Below are positions 61,028-64,000 of a stretch of 64,000 nucleotides of DNA, piece after piece (within the stretch, counting starts at the first letter, position 1; each line of letters opens with the position of its first letter). Below the pieces are notes generated by a model. That model was not told the DNA's origin and did not search any database. It saw only the letters and a list, made by a program, of their open reading frames with translations. The translations under genes were made by a program, and so were the position numbers. The stretch is from Myxococcales bacterium (GTDB taxonomy: Bacteria; Myxococcota_A; UBA9042; JABWCM01; BTVJ01): NCBI GenBank assembly GCA_045863395.1, contig BTVJ01000034.1, positions 16,152 to 80,151 of the forward strand. Direction: 5' to 3'.

Positions 61028-62193
61028 CCGGGGAACTCCAGGTCCGCAAAGCCCTTGCGGAGCAGGGTCGGGCCCAACTCCACCGTGGTCAGCGCGGCGA
61101 CGATGCGCTCCGCTGCGTGACCGTCGCCATAGGGGTTGGGAGCCCCCGCCAGCGCCGCGCGGAACGTTGGATCCAGCGCCCGCGCGATGGCCGCCCCAAT
61201 GGCGTCGGTCGTCGGCGCTGCATCGATGACGTTTCGGCCGCGCAGGCGGCCCTCCTGCCGAGACCCGACGTTGACCGCCGGCAGACCGAAGCTCGGCGCC
61301 TCCAGCAGGCCCGACGACGAGTTGCCGACCATGGCCGCTGCGTGGCGCATCAGGCTGGCGTAGCGGCATGAGCCCAGGCTCTCGACGAAGCAGCGCCGCT
61401 CGGGCGCGCGAGCCACAAAGCTCCGAAGCACGTCGGCGACCGCGCGGCCGCCAGCATCGGCGTTCGGCGCCGTGACGACACAGGGGACGCCCAGCACCTC
61501 GAGGCTTGCCACGAGCACCACGGCCTGCGCAACCGCCGCCGTCGGCTCCTCCAGGGTCGGCGGGTGCCAGGTGACGAGCAGCGGCGGCTCCCGCAGGTCC
61601 ATGCCCAGGAACGCTCCGAGCTCCTCGCGCGACAAGGTCGCGTTCCCGAGGAGCTCGTCGAGGCCCGGGGCACCGCTCACGATTACGCGCCAGGGCTCCT
61701 CGCCCATCTGTAGGACGCGGCGCCGGAACTCCTCGGCTGCCACGAAGTGCAGGTGGCTGAGCTTCGTGAGTGCGTGCCGCGCCTGCTCGTCGATGGCCCC
61801 ACGCGTCACCTCACCGCCGTGGATGTGCGCCACCGGGAGCCTGAGCGGGAGCGCAGAGACCGCCGCGGCAAGCACCTCGAAGCGGTCGCCGAGGACGACC
61901 AGCAGGTCCGGGCGCAGCCGGGCCCACGCATCCGCGTACCCGAGGATCCCCACGCCGATGGACTTTGCGACGCCGCGCCCCGTGTCGGACGCCAGCAACA
62001 TCTCTACGGTCTCGACGGCGACGAAGCCGTCCTCCTCGATGGCGCGGTGGGTGTGCCCAAGCTCAGGCACGAGGTGCATCCCTGCGACGACGGGCAGCAG
62101 CTCCAGGTCGGGCGCCGCAACGATGGCCCGCATGACCGGGCGCAAGAGGCCATAGTCCGCGCGCGAGGTGGTGAGGACCGCGACGCGCCTCAC
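61024..62193 (-). CDS. neuC: Hydrolysing NDP-sugar 2-epimerase (NeuC/LegG-like)
   Basis: TSRADYGLL, GMHL...G.T, LGDRFE, HIHGGE.T.GAIDE..RHA.TKLSH.HF, GNSSSG..EAP, VNVG.RQ.GR, NPYGDG. Confidence 0.92.
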   Translation of the reverse strand: MRRVAVLTTSRADYGLLRPVMRAIVAAPDLELLPVVAGMHLVPELGHTHRAIEEDGFVAVETVEMLLASDTGRGVAKSIGVGILGYADAWARLRPDLLVVLGDRFEVLAAAVSALPLRLPVAHIHGGEVTRGAIDEQARHALTKLSHLHFVAAEEFRRRVLQMGEEPWRVIVSGAPGLDELLGNATLSREELGAFLGMDLREPPLLVTWHPPTLEEPTAAVAQAVVLVASLEVLGVPCVVTAPNADAGGRAVADVLRSFVARAPERRCFVESLGSCRYASLMRHAAAMVGNSSSGLLEAPSFGLPAVNVGSRQEGRLRGRNVIDAAPTTDAIGAAIARALDPTFRAALAGAPNPYGDGHAAERIVAALTTVELGPTLLRKGFADLEFPG

Positions 62194-63263
62194 AGCAGGT
62201 GGTCCCACTGCAGGAGCTCACCCGCGCGAACGGCCCGGCGCAGGCGGCGGCCGAGGACCAGGCGCTCGTCGGCCGGCGAGATGCCGGTCGCGGGGCGCAG
62301 AGCCGTGAGCATGGCCTCCGTCACCTCGGCTCCCGCCGAGGCGTCCGCCGCAAGGACGAGACTGCGACGGGCCACGAGGCGGGTGTCGAGCTCGGCCGGA
62401 ACGGGCTCCTTGCGACCGTGGCCGAGCGCCACCTCGATGGTGCGGGCGCCCTGCACCAACGCCACGAGCTCCGCCGGCTCCAGGCTCGCTCGGTGGTCCG
62501 GACCCGGCAGGGTCCGATCCAACGTGAAGTGCTTCTCGAGCAGCGACGCTCCCAGAGCCACCGCCGCAAGCGACACTGCTGTGCCCTGCGTGTGGTCGGA
62601 GAGGCCCACGGGCACCCCGAAGGCCACCGCGAGCGTCTCCATGGCGCGCAGGTTCGTCTCCTCGGGCGGCGCCGGGTAGCTCGAGACGCAGTGAAAGAGA
62701 GCCAGGTCGGTCGTGCCAGCCCCGCGGATCACCTGGACGGCCGCCTCGGCCTCGCCGAGCGTCGACATGCCCGTCGAGAGCAGCACGGGCAGGCCCGTTC
62801 TGGCCACGCGGCGCAGGAACGGGTGGTTCGTCACCTCGCCTGAGCCCACCTTGATGGCCGGAACACCAAGGCCGACGAGCAGCTCCAGGCTCTCCTCGTC
62901 GAAGGGCGTCGACAGGAAGAGGATGCCACGATCCTCGCAATGCCGCTGCAGCTCTACGTGTGCCTCAGGCGACAGCTCGAGGCGGCGCAGCATCACGGCC
63001 TGGCTCTCGTGGGCGCCGGTGGCCTCTCTCTGGTAGGCAGCCTTCGGGGCGGACGCGGTCACGAGGCGATCCGTGCGGAACGTCTGGAACTTCACGGCAT
63101 CGGCGCCTGCATCGGCCGCCACGTCCACGAGCGCGTGGGCGCGCTGCAAGTCGCCGTCGTGGTTGACTCCCGCCTCCGCAATGACGAAGCAGGGGTGGCC
63201 AACCCCAACTGGGTGGCCAGCCAAGGTGACGCGAGGCGACGGCTCTCGGTGATTGGTGCGCAT
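62190..63263 (-). CDS. neuB: Nonulosonate synthase (NeuB/LegI-like) with SAF domain
   Basis: IAEAGVNHDGD, GADAVKFQTF, FLSTPFD, KVGSGE.TN, LSTGM, HCVSSYP, GLSDHT.G, EKHFTLD..LPGPDH.ASLEP, RP.TGI.P. Confidence 0.95.
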   Translation of the reverse strand: MRTNHREPSPRVTLAGHPVGVGHPCFVIAEAGVNHDGDLQRAHALVDVAADAGADAVKFQTFRTDRLVTASAPKAAYQREATGAHESQAVMLRRLELSPEAHVELQRHCEDRGILFLSTPFDEESLELLVGLGVPAIKVGSGEVTNHPFLRRVARTGLPVLLSTGMSTLGEAEAAVQVIRGAGTTDLALFHCVSSYPAPPEETNLRAMETLAVAFGVPVGLSDHTQGTAVSLAAVALGASLLEKHFTLDRTLPGPDHRASLEPAELVALVQGARTIEVALGHGRKEPVPAELDTRLVARRSLVLAADASAGAEVTEAMLTALRPATGISPADERLVLGRRLRRAVRAGELLQWDHLL

Positions 63264-63281
63264 CAGTGACCTCGGGCGGAG

Positions 63282-63311
63282 AGGATAGCGCCGCCCGCGT
63301 TGGGGGGTCAA
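63282..63311 (-). promoter_or_regulatory. Sigma-70-like promoter of neuB-neuC-neuA
   Basis: Minus strand TTGACC-N18-TATCCT, preceded by GC. Confidence 0.45.
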
Positions 63312-63599
63312 ACTGGAGCGCAACTTGAGGCGGCGAGTGAACCGCCCTCTCCATGCCTTGCGTCCTCGACACTAGAACACTGTCCACCGGGGTCGCCAGT
63401 TCGTGCGCCGGCACCAGTGCTTCTGCTGGATCCAGGGCCACGCGAACGCTCGCCGAGGGGGGCGCCTGGGGGTTCGCCGCTACCCGCGGCCCCGGGGGCC
63501 GCGACCACCAAGTGACGGCGACGACATGGCAGATCGCCCCACCGGATGGGAGTCGGTGCTGGATCCAGCCAGGTCAAGCCGGGCGCCTCGATGTGCCGG

Positions 63600-63871
63600 A
63601 TTGGCACAGCTCCCACGACGACCTTCGAGCGCAGAGCCTCGAAGATCCCCTCCACCACGTCCCCGCCCGTTACGTCCGCCTGGTGGAAGGCGTGGCGACC
63701 CTTGGAGTCCAATTGAGGAGCAAACGTGGCCAGGTTCCCCCGGTTGCCGGCGCAGGTCAGCCCAGGTTCACCGCCCTTACGTCCGGGTGCGCCCGCGCGC
63801 CCAGGTGGAGGCACGTGGATGAGGCTGGCGCCGATGAAGCCCGCGCCGCCAGTGACAAACCAGGTGCCCAT
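63600..63871 (-). pseudogene. Truncated, degenerate dTDP-glucose 4,6-dehydratase (RfbB/RmlB-like) remnant
   Basis: WFVTGGAGFIGASLI...LTCAGNRGNL...HAFHQADV resembles the RfbB N-terminus (VTGGAGFIG...LTYAGNLENL...F.QGDI); similarity is then lost and no YxxxK catalytic region follows. Left boundary approximate. Confidence 0.65.
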
Positions 63872-64000
63872 GCTCTGCCCGGGTAAAGCCCGGACGGGCG
63901 TTCACCTGCTGGGAGCGTCTCGGCGGAGGCGAGCGCCGCACCCTGCTTGACAGGGTCAGCAACAAATAGCTGCACGCCCCTCATGGCCGCCTTCGGGCGG

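Noticed and set aside
60315..61049. 244-aa ORF as the cytidylyltransferase
   Set aside because: The NeuA motifs are in the other frame (60323-61027).

Overview
High-GC bacterial DNA with Myxococcota/deltaproteobacterial hallmarks: an HRDVSPQN-type Ser/Thr kinase, many Cys-rich secreted lipoproteins, HEAT and TPR proteins. The taxonomy is inferred, not proven. Bases 1-40 kb hold housekeeping genes (amino-acid ABC binding protein, thiC, rlmJ, glyA, tsaE, a fused LeuD-LeuC-type dehydratase), a dense set of large extracellular repeat proteins, and a tandem pair of uncharacterised paralogues. Bases 40-52 kb hold a flagellar late-gene cluster (fliJ-like, flgFGAHIJMNKL, fliC, fliD, fliS, fliT-like). 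Bases 52-63 kb hold a flagellin-glycosylation island (Maf, GT2, and a legionaminic-acid-type pathway split into two convergent operons). Best non-coding observations: a motif GT(T/A)AAGG-N16-CGTTGT repeated exactly before flgM, fliC and the sugar-pathway operon (a divergent sigma-28-like promoter); GGA-loop hairpins in the fliC leader (CsrA-like sites); a thiC leader resembling a truncated or variant TPP riboswitch; and a 40-aa membrane microprotein missing from the ORF track. No CRISPR array, tRNA, rRNA or transposase was recognised. All calls come from motif reading by eye; no searches were run.
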